Of a stretch of DNA of 49,071 nt, positions 8,740-18,850 are shown one piece after another. The stretch comes from Opitutia bacterium. Its GTDB lineage: Bacteria > Verrucomicrobiota > Verrucomicrobiia > Opitutales > T3Sed10-336. The notes below the pieces were generated by a model. That model searched no databases. It was not told the origin of the DNA and saw nothing but the letters and a program-made list of their open reading frames with translations. How positions within the stretch are numbered: position 1 is the stretch's first letter; each line of letters starts with the position of its first letter. The stretch is taken from assembly GCA_050506795.1 (NCBI GenBank), contig JBJHCF010000042.1:1-49071 (forward strand). Reading direction: 5' to 3'. The translations under genes were made by a program, and so were the position numbers.

Positions 8740-9803
8740 ACCTGGACGCCATACGCGACGATATTGATGCCTTGGACCGGGAAATCGTGTCGCTGCTGAA
8801 CCGGCGGCTTGAACTGGCTGCGGAGATCGGACGGGTCAAGCGCCGGAACGGTGCTCCGGTGTATGTGCCCAAACGCGAGGAGGAAGTCTTGCGGAAACTG
8901 GTGGCGCACAACGCTGGGCCCTTGCAGGAAACGGCTCTGCGCGCGATTTACCGGGAAATTATGTCGGCGGCCATCGCCCTGGAGAAGCCCACCCGGATCG
9001 CGTTTCTCGGTCCGGAAGCGACCTACACCCACCAGGCGGCTCTCAAGAAATTCGGAGCGAGCCTGGAATACGAGCCGTACGTCAATATCGCCGATGTTTT
9101 CAGCGCCGTGGAAAAAGAAGAGACCGATTACGGAGTGATTCCGGTGGAAAATTCGACCGAGGGCGCGGTTTTTCATTCTCTCGACCTGCTGGCGGAGTCA
9201 GATTTGAAAATCATTGCCCAGGTTCACCTGGAAATCACCCACAGCCTCTTTTCCCGTTCCCCTCTGGAGGAAATCGTCCGGGTGTACTCGAAGGACCAGG
9301 CTATCGGGCAGTGCCGGCGTTGGTTGCAGGCGCACCTGCCGCGCGCGGAGCTGGTTGCCGACACCAGCACCGCCGCCGCCGTCCGGCGGGTGCGCGACGA
9401 GCCCGGCGCCGCCGCCATCGCCGGATCTCTTGCCGGCCGGATGTACGACGTACCCGAGGTGGCGGCCCGCATCCAGGACAAGGCCGAGAATATCACGCGT
9501 TTCCTGGTGATCGGCCGGGAACCCTCGGGGCCGGTGGAGGAGGGCGAGAATAAGACCAGCCTGGTGGTTTCCATCCGCGACGAAGTTGGGGCGTTGCAGA
9601 GAACCATCCAGCCGTTCAGTTCCCGCAACATCAGTCTCTGCAAGATCGAATCCCGTCCCAGCCGCCGCAAACCCTGGGATTATTACTTCTTCATCGACGT
9701 CATCGGGCACTACGAGGACGCTCCCGTTCGCGAGGCCATTGGGGAGCTGGAGGGCTACTGCCCGTTCATCAAGTGGCTCGGCAGCTACCCTAATACGAGG
9801 TAG
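8736..9803 (+). CDS. pheA: Bifunctional chorismate mutase/prephenate dehydratase (P-protein)
   Basis: IRDDIDALDREIVSLLNRR (chorismate mutase); FLGPEATYT, PVENSTEG and NITRF (dehydratase); KIESRPS (ACT domain). Confidence 0.96.
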   Translation: MNLDAIRDDIDALDREIVSLLNRRLELAAEIGRVKRRNGAPVYVPKREEEVLRKLVAHNAGPLQETALRAIYREIMSAAIALEKPTRIAFLGPEATYTHQAALKKFGASLEYEPYVNIADVFSAVEKEETDYGVIPVENSTEGAVFHSLDLLAESDLKIIAQVHLEITHSLFSRSPLEEIVRVYSKDQAIGQCRRWLQAHLPRAELVADTSTAAAVRRVRDEPGAAAIAGSLAGRMYDVPEVAARIQDKAENITRFLVIGREPSGPVEEGENKTSLVVSIRDEVGALQRTIQPFSSRNISLCKIESRPSRRKPWDYYFFIDVIGHYEDAPVREAIGELEGYCPFIKWLGSYPNTR

Positions 9804-9906
9804 GCGGCCGGGGAAATCGCTTGCCTTGCGCCTCAGGGCTGGCAGATTGGATGGTTTCCATTTAATCGACAACCCGCCAATCCTATCCGGATTGCTCCCG
9901 GTCCGT

Positions 9907-10845
9907 ATGAAACATTTTCTCAAAGACACCGATTTTGCCGTCAATGAAATCCCTGAGATCTTCGCTCTGGCGAAGACCTGCAAGGAACAGCGGGGAACGG
10001 GTGTTTTTTCGGCGTTGCAAGGCCAAACCTGGGCGTTGATTTTCGCCAAATCGAGTACGCGCACCCGGGTATCTTTCGAGGTCGGCATTCATGAGCTGGG
10101 CGGGCGCGCGTTGTTTCTGAATCAAAATGACATTCAGCTGGGCCGGGGAGAGTCCATCTCGGATACGGCGCGGGTGCTCAGTCGTTACGTGCACGGTCTG
10201 GTGGTGCGGACGTTCGATCATTCAGACGTGGAGGCGCTGGCAGAGGCGGGGAATATTCCGGTGATCAACGCCCTCACCGACTTCCTGCATCCCTGCCAGA
10301 TTTACGCCGACGCTTTTACTCTGGCGGAACGGTGGGTGGGCGAAACCGGTGATTACCTTTCCTCCCTTTCCGGCCGCAAGATCGCGTTTCTGGGCGATTG
10401 CGCCTGTAACGTGGCCAACTCGTGGATACTCGGAGCCAGATTGTTCGGAATGGAGATCGCCTTGGCGGGACCCAAGAACTACGCCCCCGGAGAAGAGATC
10501 CAGGCGTTGCTCAAGGAGGAAGGATTTGGCGAAGAGGCCTACACCTTCACCGAGGATCCCATGGAAGCCGTGCGGGGCGCCGACGTCGTCTACACGGACG
10601 TCTGGGTCAGCATGGGCAAGGAGGACGAAATGCGGGATCGAATCGCCGACCTCATGCCCTACGGGGTGACTATGGATCTGTTGAACGCGGCCAAACCCGA
10701 CGCCTTTTTTATGCACTGTCTGCCGGCGTATGTGAGCAAGGAGGTGACGCTCGACGTCCTGGAAAGCCCGCGTTCCATCGTCTTTGACCAGGCGGAGAAC
10801 CGGCTCCATATGCAAAAGGCGATCCTCTCGGTGCTGGGGCGGTAA
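9907..10845 (+). CDS. argF: Ornithine carbamoyltransferase (start placed at ATG 9907)
   Basis: KSSTRTRVSFE, HPCQ, DVWVSMG, FMHCLP and DQAENRLH motifs. Confidence 0.95.
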   Translation: MKHFLKDTDFAVNEIPEIFALAKTCKEQRGTGVFSALQGQTWALIFAKSSTRTRVSFEVGIHELGGRALFLNQNDIQLGRGESISDTARVLSRYVHGLVVRTFDHSDVEALAEAGNIPVINALTDFLHPCQIYADAFTLAERWVGETGDYLSSLSGRKIAFLGDCACNVANSWILGARLFGMEIALAGPKNYAPGEEIQALLKEEGFGEEAYTFTEDPMEAVRGADVVYTDVWVSMGKEDEMRDRIADLMPYGVTMDLLNAAKPDAFFMHCLPAYVSKEVTLDVLESPRSIVFDQAENRLHMQKAILSVLGR

Positions 10846-10904
10846 TCCCGGGTCCTCGGCGCAGGGTCAAAGGTTGTCCGGACAAACTTAACCCTTGGCT
10901 GATT

Positions 10905-13900
10905 GTGATGAGTTCAGAGTGGCAGCTTCGGGTGGATACGGGAGGGACTTTTACGGACTGCCTGGCGCGTGATCCGGGCGGAGCCCTTCACCGGAGAAAA
11001 GTGTTGTCTAACAGTGCCTTGCGAGGTTCGATCAAGGCGGTGCGGGAGGGCGGCTGCGATTTAATCTGCGCCTTCGAGGAATCGTTGCCCGAGGACTTTG
11101 TCGAAGGATTCTCATTCCGTCCCCTGAAGCCCGGGGTCGGGGAATCGTTTCTCATTGAGGCGTTTGATGATCGCCAGGTGATGATCCGTTTGGACCGGAG
11201 CTGTGACGACAAAGTGTGTCCGGGGGATGCGTTCGAGGCGGTTTCTCCTTATGAAGCGCCGGTGCTGGCCGCGCGTTTGGTTACCGGAACGCCCGGAAGA
11301 GGTGACCTGCCTCCGATGGTCCTCCGTCTGGCCACCACCCGGGGAACCAATGCCCTCCTGGAAGGCAAGGTGGCCCGGGTGGCGTTTTTTGTCACCTGCG
11401 GATTCGCCGATCTTCTGCCGATCGGCGACCAGCGGCGGGCCGACCTTTTCAATTTGAAAATCGAAAAACCCGGACCGCTTTACCAGCGGGTAATCGAGGT
11501 TTACGGACGGGCCGGGGCCGATGGCGCGAAATTGGAAGCGCTCGACGAGGAGACGCTGCGACGCGACATCGTCGCCTTGCGTCGGGAGGGAATCGATACC
11601 GCGGCGGTGGCGTTGCTGCACGGTTACCGCTACCCCGCCATGGAGGAGCGGGTGGAGGCGCTGCTGCGGGAGAATGGATTTCGCTATGTTTCCCGTTCGT
11701 CCGACCTGGCTCCGTTGATCAAGCTCCTCCCGCGCGCGGAAACCACCGTGGCGGACGCCTGCCTGGCTCCGGTTATGAACGAGTACCTCGACCGGGTTTC
11801 CGAAGGTTTGGGGCGAGGCCGGGTTTATGTGATGACCAGCGCCGGGGGATTGGTTTCACGCCAAACCTTCCGGTCCAAGGACAGCCTGCTCAGCGGTCCT
11901 GCCGGGGGCGTGGTTGGGGCGGCCGCGGCGGGAAAACGGGCGGGCTTTCAGCGGACTATCGCGTTCGATATGGGGGGCACCAGTACGGACGTGTCGCGCT
12001 TTGACGGCGAATTCGAGTACGGATTCGAACATCGGGTGGGTGGCGCGCGTCTGATGGCGCCGGCGTTAAAAATCGAAACCGTGGCCGCCGGGGGAGGATC
12101 GATTTGCGGGTTTGACGGACAAGGGCTCTACGTTGGGCCGAAAAGCGCCGGAGCCCGGCCGGGCCCGGCGTGTTACGGGGCCGGCGGTCCACTGACCTTG
12201 ACGGATGTGAACCTGCTCCTGGGACGTATCGATCGGTCGCTGTTTGGGATCCCGGTTTCCGTTGGTGCGGCGGAGGCGCGTTTGAAGGATTTGCTGACCA
12301 CGATTCGGGAGGGCGGATGGAACATCGAGCGCGATGAATTGCTGGAGGGTTTCATCGCGATCGCCAACGAGATTATGGCCGATGCCGTGCGCCGTATATC
12401 GGTCCGCGAAGGTTATGATCCCGCCGACTACGCTTTGGTGGCGTTTGGGGGCGCCGGCGGCCTGCATGCCTGCGCCCTGGCGGAACGGCTGAGAATTCCG
12501 CACGTCCTCTCTCCGGCAAACGCCGGACTCCTCAGCGCGTTCGGACTGGATCAGGCGGTAATCGAGCGAATCGCCGACCGGCAGGTGCTGCAACCGATCG
12601 ACCAGATGAATCCTTCGCTCGAAACGATCGTCGAGGAATTGACCTCGCAGGCCATGGAAGCCTTGCTTGGGGAAGGGGTGGACGAAAAGGAAGCGGCTTT
12701 GCCGCGCATCGTGGCCGCCTTGCGTTTCTCCGGTCAGGATACCCTGGTCGAAGTGGAGTACGATGGGCCGGAGAATCTGCGGGAGCGTTTTCACGAGCGG
12801 TACACGGAACTTTTTGGATACGTTCCGCGCGATCGCCGGGTGGAATTGGCTACCTTGCGGGTCGTGGCTTCCGGCCGGGCGCCGACAGTTGGAACGGAGC
12901 GTTTTCCAGCTGGGGAAAATGGCGGTTCGGGTGGGGCGAAGGGAGCGTTGGTTTCCCGCTCCGCGTTGCGTCCTGGCGACTGTTTGCGGGGCCCCTGTGT
13001 GGTTCAGGACCGTTATTCGAGCCTGGCGGTCGATGCCGGTTGGCGGGCCGAAGTGGGGGATCAGGGAGCCATACGGTTGACCCGGGCAACGGAGGGATCC
13101 TCCCGGGGGCATGCCGCCGGTCCGGAGGTGGTTGAATTGGAGCTTTTCACCAACCGGTTTTTCTCGTTGGCGGAAGAGATGGGACTGCAACTCGAACGCA
13201 CCGCCATCTCCACCAATATCAAAGAACGCCGGGATTTTTCCTGTGCCCTGTTGGATGGCAACGGTGAACTCGTGGTGAATGCTCCCCACGTTCCCGTGCA
13301 TCTGGGATCTCTGGGGCTTTGTGTCCGCGCGGTCGCGGAGGTCCTGCCGCTGGAACCCGGGGATGTGGTGGTGACGAATCACCCCGCCTACGGCGGCTCT
13401 CATCTCCCCGACCTTACGGTGATCACCCCGGTGTTTCTGGCTGACGGCGAACTGCTCGGATATGTGGCGAACCGTGCCCACCATGCCGAGATAGGCGGAG
13501 TCCGTCCGGGGTCGATGCCGCCGGATGCATCCTGCCTGGCGGAGGAGGGGGTGGTGATTCCTCCCATGTATTTGTTTCGCCGTGACGGAGATCGGTACGA
13601 TGAAATTCGGCGCCTCCTGAGCGAGGGACCCTATCCCAGCCGGGCGGTGGAAGAGAATCTGGCCGATCTCAACGCCCAGTGCGCGGCCAACCGTCGGGGA
13701 ACCCGCGCCTTGTTGAACCTGGCGGACAAACACGGCGCTGAAACGGTTCGCCGGTACTGGCGCCTTTTGAAACGTCGGAGTTCCGATGCCCTCAGCCACG
13801 GGCTTGGACGGTTGCGTCCGGGGCGCTACGAGGGGCGACAGGAACTCGATGATGGCACGCCCCTGCGGGTCGCGCTGGAGTTGACGCCGGATCGGGTCCG

Positions 13901-14753
13901 AATCGATTTCACCGGCACCGGCGGGGTGCATCCCGGGAATTTCAACGCCACCCCCGGGATCGTCCGCAGCGTGGTGATTTACGTCCTGCGGTTACTGGTG
14001 GAAGAACCGGTTCCGTTAAACGAAGGATTGATGCAACGAGTCTCCCTTTGCCTTCCCCGCGGAATGCTCAATCCTGAATTCGGCGATGATCCTCGACGGG
14101 CGCCCGCGGTGGTGGCCGGCAACGTGGAGACCAGTCAGCGATTGGTGGATACGTTGCTGTTGGCCCTGGAGCGGGCGGCATGCAGTCAGGGTACCATGAA
14201 CAATCTCGTTTTCGGCGACGAAGACATCAGTTTTTATGAAACTTTGGGCGGCGGGGCAGGGGCGGGCCAGGGGTTTCCCGGTGCAAGCGGGGTACACACC
14301 CACATGACCAACACCGCCGTGACCGACCCGGAGATTCTGGAGTTTCGGTACCCGGTGCGCCTGCGGCGTTTCAGTTTCCGGCGCGGATCCGGCGGAGAGG
14401 GCCGGTATCGCGGGGGCGATGGGCTGGTGCGGGAGTTCGAGTTCCTTCGGCCCGTGCATTTGTCGCTTCTCAGTCAGCATCGAAAAAACGCCCCCTACGG
14501 CATGGCCGGAGGCGAACCCGGCAGACCGGGGCGGCAGCGAATTCTTCGTGCGGACGGTTCTGTGGAGGAACTCCCGTACCTGGCCAAGGTTTCGGTTGAA
14601 CCGGGGGACAGATTGGTGCTGGAAACCCCCGGTGGAGGAGGGTATGGTAATCCCAGGAAGGAGGTGTCCGAACATGTTGCAAAAGACCGATCCGTTTCGG
14701 GACGCTCGCCGGGAGATGGTGGAGCGACAGATCATGGCCAGGGGCGTGTCTGA
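10905..14753 (+). CDS. ATP-dependent 5-oxoprolinase / hydantoinase A+B fusion protein
   Basis: [88 protein letters not shown] and TPGGGGYG motifs. Confidence 0.92.
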   Translation: MMSSEWQLRVDTGGTFTDCLARDPGGALHRRKVLSNSALRGSIKAVREGGCDLICAFEESLPEDFVEGFSFRPLKPGVGESFLIEAFDDRQVMIRLDRSCDDKVCPGDAFEAVSPYEAPVLAARLVTGTPGRGDLPPMVLRLATTRGTNALLEGKVARVAFFVTCGFADLLPIGDQRRADLFNLKIEKPGPLYQRVIEVYGRAGADGAKLEALDEETLRRDIVALRREGIDTAAVALLHGYRYPAMEERVEALLRENGFRYVSRSSDLAPLIKLLPRAETTVADACLAPVMNEYLDRVSEGLGRGRVYVMTSAGGLVSRQTFRSKDSLLSGPAGGVVGAAAAGKRAGFQRTIAFDMGGTSTDVSRFDGEFEYGFEHRVGGARLMAPALKIETVAAGGGSICGFDGQGLYVGPKSAGARPGPACYGAGGPLTLTDVNLLLGRIDRSLFGIPVSVGAAEARLKDLLTTIREGGWNIERDELLEGFIAIANEIMADAVRRISVREGYDPADYALVAFGGAGGLHACALAERLRIPHVLSPANAGLLSAFGLDQAVIERIADRQVLQPIDQMNPSLETIVEELTSQAMEALLGEGVDEKEAALPRIVAALRFSGQDTLVEVEYDGPENLRERFHERYTELFGYVPRDRRVELATLRVVASGRAPTVGTERFPAGENGGSGGAKGALVSRSALRPGDCLRGPCVVQDRYSSLAVDAGWRAEVGDQGAIRLTRATEGSSRGHAAGPEVVELELFTNRFFSLAEEMGLQLERTAISTNIKERRDFSCALLDGNGELVVNAPHVPVHLGSLGLCVRAVAEVLPLEPGDVVVTNHPAYGGSHLPDLTVITPVFLADGELLGYVANRAHHAEIGGVRPGSMPPDASCLAEEGVVIPPMYLFRRDGDRYDEIRRLLSEGPYPSRAVEENLADLNAQCAANRRGTRALLNLADKHGAETVRRYWRLLKRRSSDALSHGLGRLRPGRYEGRQELDDGTPLRVALELTPDRVRIDFTGTGGVHPGNFNATPGIVRSVVIYVLRLLVEEPVPLNEGLMQRVSLCLPRGMLNPEFGDDPRRAPAVVAGNVETSQRLVDTLLLALERAACSQGTMNNLVFGDEDISFYETLGGGAGAGQGFPGASGVHTHMTNTAVTDPEILEFRYPVRLRRFSFRRGSGGEGRYRGGDGLVREFEFLRPVHLSLLSQHRKNAPYGMAGGEPGRPGRQRILRADGSVEELPYLAKVSVEPGDRLVLETPGGGGYGNPRKEVSEHVAKDRSVSGRSPGDGGATDHGQGRV

Positions 14754-15315
14754 TGCCCGCGTCCTGGCGGCTATCGGTGAAATTCCGCGGGAGAGATTCG
14801 TTCCGGCGGAGGAGAGGGGACGAGCGTACGAAGACTCGCCGCTGCCGATTGGGTTCGGTCAGACGATATCCCAGCCCTACGTGGTGGCATTTATGACAGA
14901 ACAACTTGGACTGCAAGGAGATGAAGTGGTGCTGGAGGTGGGCTCCGGGTGTGGTTACCAGACCGCGATTCTGGCGCGGCTTTGCCGGCGGGTGTTCGCC
15001 ATTGAATATTTCGAAGGTCTCGCGGCCGGGGCGCGCCGGGTGTGGGAGGAGTTGGGACTCACCAACATCACGTCGCGCGTTGGCGACGGTGGTCCGGGAT
15101 GGCCCGAGGAAGCGCCCTTCGACGCGATTCTCGCGGCCGCCGCGGCGCAATCCGTGCCAAGGGCCTGGATCGATCAACTCAGAATTGGCGGAAAGATGAT
15201 CCTTCCTGTGGGAACCGTGTCGCAAACGTTGCTGCTGGTGGAGAAGAAGTCCGACGGCGTTCAAACATCCGATCTTATGGAGGTCCGATTTGTGCCACTG
15301 CTTGACGAGGAATAA
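14674..15315 (+). CDS. pcm: Protein-L-isoaspartate O-methyltransferase (start ATG 14674)
   Basis: AYEDSPLPIGFGQTISQPY, LEVGSGCGYQ, EAPFDAI and VRFVPL motifs; GGAGG ribosome-binding site upstream of 14674. Confidence 0.95.
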   Translation: MLQKTDPFRDARREMVERQIMARGVSDARVLAAIGEIPRERFVPAEERGRAYEDSPLPIGFGQTISQPYVVAFMTEQLGLQGDEVVLEVGSGCGYQTAILARLCRRVFAIEYFEGLAAGARRVWEELGLTNITSRVGDGGPGWPEEAPFDAILAAAAAQSVPRAWIDQLRIGGKMILPVGTVSQTLLLVEKKSDGVQTSDLMEVRFVPLLDEE

Positions 15316-15345
15316 GGCGGTGCTTTTCACTCGGAAAGGAAGCGG

Positions 15346-15717
15346 ATGATCTATCGGATTCTGGCGGAGCTGGTGCTGTTGGCCCATTTCACCTTCATTC
15401 TGTTTGTCATTCTCGGCGGTTTGCTGGCTTTTCGTTGGAAAACGGCGGCCTGGGTGCATTTGCCCTGTCTCGCCTGGGGGGTCGTTATGGTGACTGCGGG
15501 GTGGATTTGTCCTCTCACGCCCCTGGAGAACAGTCTCAGGGAACGGGCCGGCCTCGAAGGGTACGACACCGGCTTTATCGAACACTATCTCCTCCCGTTG
15601 GTCTACCCGCCGGGAATGACTTTCACTGTGCAGATTGTGTTGGGAGCGATGCTCCTTGTGTTTAACATTTTCGTTTACCTGTGGTGGCTGGCCCGACGCC
15701 GGCCGACGCGATCTTGA
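15346..15717 (+). CDS. Small membrane protein, DUF2784-like
   Basis: Hydrophobic helices with H..F..F..LGG, WVHLP, WICPLTPLENSLR and GFIEHYL.P..YP. Confidence 0.8.
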   Translation: MIYRILAELVLLAHFTFILFVILGGLLAFRWKTAAWVHLPCLAWGVVMVTAGWICPLTPLENSLRERAGLEGYDTGFIEHYLLPLVYPPGMTFTVQIVLGAMLLVFNIFVYLWWLARRRPTRS

Positions 15718-15837
15718 GCCGGTCCCGGGCGGCGGTGTGCGCGTCGCCGGGGGGCCTGGTCTAATACTCACCGGGGAGCAATGCCACAGCCGCAGTTTTG
15801 CCTTTACCGCCGGGTAAACTCCCTTAATTTTGGAGAA

Positions 15838-16440
15838 ATGAGATCGGACGATGATAGAGATTTCGCCACGTTGAAAATCGGCGACTACGCGCCTGATTTT
15901 TCGCTCCCGGCCACGGATGGCAAAACCTACCGCCTGGCTGATTTCGACGAGAGTCGGGTTCTGGTGATCTTCTTCACCTGCAACCACTGTCCCTATGTGA
16001 TCAACTCGGACGAAATCACTCGAAAGACGGCGGATGCCTTTGCTCCCAAGGGGGTGCGGTTTGTCGGCATCAACTCGAATAGCGAAAACACCTATGCCGA
16101 GGACTCCTTCGAGCATATGGTCGAGCGGATAAAGCAGCATGACTTTCCCTGGGTTTACCTGCACGATAAGGAGCAGGAAGTCGCCTGGGAATACGGGGCA
16201 TTGCGGACGCCGCATTTCTTTGTGTTCGACGAGGATCGCAAGCTGATTTACACCGGGCGGGCGATCGACAATCCGCGCGAGCCGGCCAAGCTGACGGTGA
16301 ACGACTTGGAGAACGCTTTGAGCGCTTACCTGGAAGGGAAACCAATCCCGCGTCCCCTCACCAACCCGATCGGCTGCAACGTCAAATGGGAAGGCAAGGA
16401 CGCGCATTGGATGCCGGCCGACGCCTGCGATCTCGTCTAA
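15838..16440 (+). CDS. Thioredoxin-fold redoxin, AhpC/TSA-like (start probably ATG 15838)
   Basis: [32 protein letters not shown] and IGCNVKW motifs; GGAG before 15838. Confidence 0.85.
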   Translation: MRSDDDRDFATLKIGDYAPDFSLPATDGKTYRLADFDESRVLVIFFTCNHCPYVINSDEITRKTADAFAPKGVRFVGINSNSENTYAEDSFEHMVERIKQHDFPWVYLHDKEQEVAWEYGALRTPHFFVFDEDRKLIYTGRAIDNPREPAKLTVNDLENALSAYLEGKPIPRPLTNPIGCNVKWEGKDAHWMPADACDLV

Positions 16441-16455
16441 CCCGGAGGTTCATTT

Positions 16456-17280
16456 ATGAAACCACTCACTCCCGCCCGCACCCGTTGCCGCCTTGGTTTG
16501 CGCGCTTTGACGTGGGCGGTTCTCCCGTTTCTTCTCCTCGCCGCGTGTCACACGGTTCCCGATACGGGCCGGCGCAGCCTGTCGCTCATTCCCTTGCAGG
16601 AGGAGATTGCCCTGGGCGACAGCTCGTTTGCGGAGATCAAGGCGCATGAAACGATTTCCGATGACCGGGAGCGGCGTGAAATGGTGGAGCGAGTCGGGCG
16701 GCGAATCGCCGCGGTGGCGGAGCGGGATATGCCCGGCCTCGACTGGGAGTTCGTGCTTTTCGAGAATGACGCGGTAAACGCTTTTGCCCTGCCGGGCGGA
16801 AAAGTCGGCGTCTACACCGGCTTGTTCCGGGTGGCGCGCACCGAGGATGAACTGGCGGTCGTCATGGGGCACGAAGTGGCTCACGTCACCGCGCGCCACG
16901 GAAACGAGCGCATGTCACAGTACCTTCTGGTCGCGGCCGGAGGCATCGCGTTGGATGTGGCCCTGCAGCGTCAGGAGCAGGAGACGCGTCAGATGGCGCT
17001 CATCGCCTATGGCGCCGGCGCGACTTTTGGTTATATCCTGCCATTCTCCCGCAGCGCCGAATCCGAAGCGGATGAGCTCGGCTTGTACTACTCCGCCCGT
17101 GCCGGCTACGATCCCCGGGAAGCGCCGCGTTTCTGGGAGCGTATGGCGGAGTTGTCCCAAGGGGGCAGCCCGCCCGAATGGCTTTCCACCCATCCCTCTC
17201 ATGGCACCCGTGTGCGGGACCTCGAGCGGATTATGCCGCGGGCCCTGCGTTACTACCAGGAGGCAACGGGCGAGCGTTAG
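16456..17280 (+). CDS. M48 family zinc metallopeptidase, probable lipoprotein
   Basis: Lipobox LLAAC; NAFALPGG; HEVAH zinc motif; FSRSAESEAD; LSTHP. Confidence 0.92.
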   Translation: MKPLTPARTRCRLGLRALTWAVLPFLLLAACHTVPDTGRRSLSLIPLQEEIALGDSSFAEIKAHETISDDRERREMVERVGRRIAAVAERDMPGLDWEFVLFENDAVNAFALPGGKVGVYTGLFRVARTEDELAVVMGHEVAHVTARHGNERMSQYLLVAAGGIALDVALQRQEQETRQMALIAYGAGATFGYILPFSRSAESEADELGLYYSARAGYDPREAPRFWERMAELSQGGSPPEWLSTHPSHGTRVRDLERIMPRALRYYQEATGER

Positions 17281-17428
17281 GGAGATCGGAAGTGGGTAAT
17301 GGGTGTCAGTTATCGGCGGAAAATTAACGGCCGGTATTGGGCTGCGTCCCGGCGACGCCACTACTTTCACCTGCAAGCGGATGTTGACTTCGCGATCATG
17401 ATCAATCCAGAACCGACCACCACATACC

Positions 17429-18802
17429 ATGTTCGATCCCGTTGAGACTCTAAAAGCGTTTGTCCGCTTCCCCAGTGTGTCCACCGATTCCGCTTATCGC
17501 GAGGGCATGAAAGGGGCGCGGGATTTTATCTCCGGACTGCTCAAACAGACGGGTTTCGAGGTGGAAGAGATCGCCACTCCCTTGCATCCAATAGTGGTGG
17601 CGCGCCGGGAAGGGGATCCTTCCTGGCCGCATGTTTTGATCTACGGGCATTACGACGTACAGCCTGCGGATCCTTTGGACTTGTGGAGCAGCCCGCCGTT
17701 CGAGCCGGAGGAACGGGACGGGCGGCTTTATGGGCGCGGGGCCGCGGATAACAAGGGACCATTGATCACGCATCTATGTGCGGTGGCCCGTTTGCTGGAG
17801 GAGCATCCAGATCTGCCTTTGCGAATCACTTTCCTGATCGAGGGTGAGGAAGAGATTGGAAGTCCCAGCTTTGGACGGTTTCTCGAGGAGCGGAAAGATG
17901 TGTTTGATGCGGACTTTGTTTTCCTTTCCGACACCGGCAGCCCGAATGCCTCGCAGATTGTTGTTACCACGGGCTTGCGAGGGATCACGTGCCTGGAGGT
18001 TGAGGCGATCGGCCCGCGCTTTGATTTGCATTCAGGCGTTCACGGCGGGGCCATTCTCAATCCGGTCCAGGCGCTCGTGGAGGTATGTGCTTCATTGCAC
18101 GACCAGGACGGACGGGTAAACGTGCCGGGGTTTTACGACGACGTGCAGCCGGTTGCGGATTGGGAGAGGGAGGAACTCGGCCGCCTGGGCGTCTCCGAGC
18201 AGGACTATGCCCGTTTTCTTGGAGTGGACCGGTTTCATGCCGAGAAAGGGTATTCACCTTTTGAGGCGGTTCGGTTTCGTCCAACCTTGGAATTCAATGG
18301 TATCGGCGGCGGATACCAGGGAGAGGGCTCCAAGACGGTGATCCCCGGCAAGGCGTTTGTGAAGATCAGTTGCCGCCTGGTGGCGAACCAGGATCCCGAA
18401 CGTATCCAGGAAGCGGTTGCGGCGACGATTCGGCAACGTTGCCCGGCAGGGGTTTCTCTGAGAATCAAGACCAGTCACAGTGGCCCGCCCTATCGGGTTG
18501 TGCCTCCTGGGAAATCCGATACGCCTCCGGACCAATCGCCAGCCCTGGCCGAGGCGTTTCGTGCGGCTGACGAAGCAATTGGAATCGAGTTTGGGCGTCG
18601 TCCACTCTATCTGCGCGAGGGCGGTAGCGTGCCGATTATCGGTGATATCAAGCGGGCTACCGGCCTCGACTCATTGATGGTGGGTCTCTTTCTGCCCGAA
18701 GATAACCTGCATGCGCCGGACGAGAGTTTTCACCTCGATGTGATGCGTAAAGGCATTGCCGTGTCCCAACGGATCCTGTCCCGGGTTGCCTTTGGGGAAT
18801 GA
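17429..18802 (+). CDS. M20 family dipeptidase
   Basis: YGHYDVQP, GRGAADNKG, EGEEEIGS, DLHSG, GGSVPI and NLHAPDE motifs. Confidence 0.9.
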   Translation: MFDPVETLKAFVRFPSVSTDSAYREGMKGARDFISGLLKQTGFEVEEIATPLHPIVVARREGDPSWPHVLIYGHYDVQPADPLDLWSSPPFEPEERDGRLYGRGAADNKGPLITHLCAVARLLEEHPDLPLRITFLIEGEEEIGSPSFGRFLEERKDVFDADFVFLSDTGSPNASQIVVTTGLRGITCLEVEAIGPRFDLHSGVHGGAILNPVQALVEVCASLHDQDGRVNVPGFYDDVQPVADWEREELGRLGVSEQDYARFLGVDRFHAEKGYSPFEAVRFRPTLEFNGIGGGYQGEGSKTVIPGKAFVKISCRLVANQDPERIQEAVAATIRQRCPAGVSLRIKTSHSGPPYRVVPPGKSDTPPDQSPALAEAFRAADEAIGIEFGRRPLYLREGGSVPIIGDIKRATGLDSLMVGLFLPEDNLHAPDESFHLDVMRKGIAVSQRILSRVAFGE

Positions 18803-18850
18803 GTGTTTCGAAGAGGTTAAATGAAACGCCCAGGCCCGACGCACAAGGGG

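Noticed and set aside
7690..9906. Long N-terminal extensions in the ORF track for scpB (7690) and argF (9586); similarly pcm (14419), lptD (33851) and betT (43592)
   Set aside because: The extensions overlap neighbouring genes, a terminator or promoter DNA and precede the family-typical N-termini; downstream starts were used.
15715..15780. TGA followed by a GC hairpin (15721-15756) and in frame with the redoxin, suggesting SECIS-type readthrough
   Set aside because: The membrane protein is already complete at this stop, the would-be linker is not protein-like, the redoxin has its own RBS, and loose SECIS criteria are easily met in GC-rich DNA.
14470..16407. 645-aa minus-strand ORF spanning three plus-strand genes
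   Set aside because: pcm, the DUF2784-like gene and the redoxin happen to share one reading frame, so their antisense shadows join. The translation is not protein-like.
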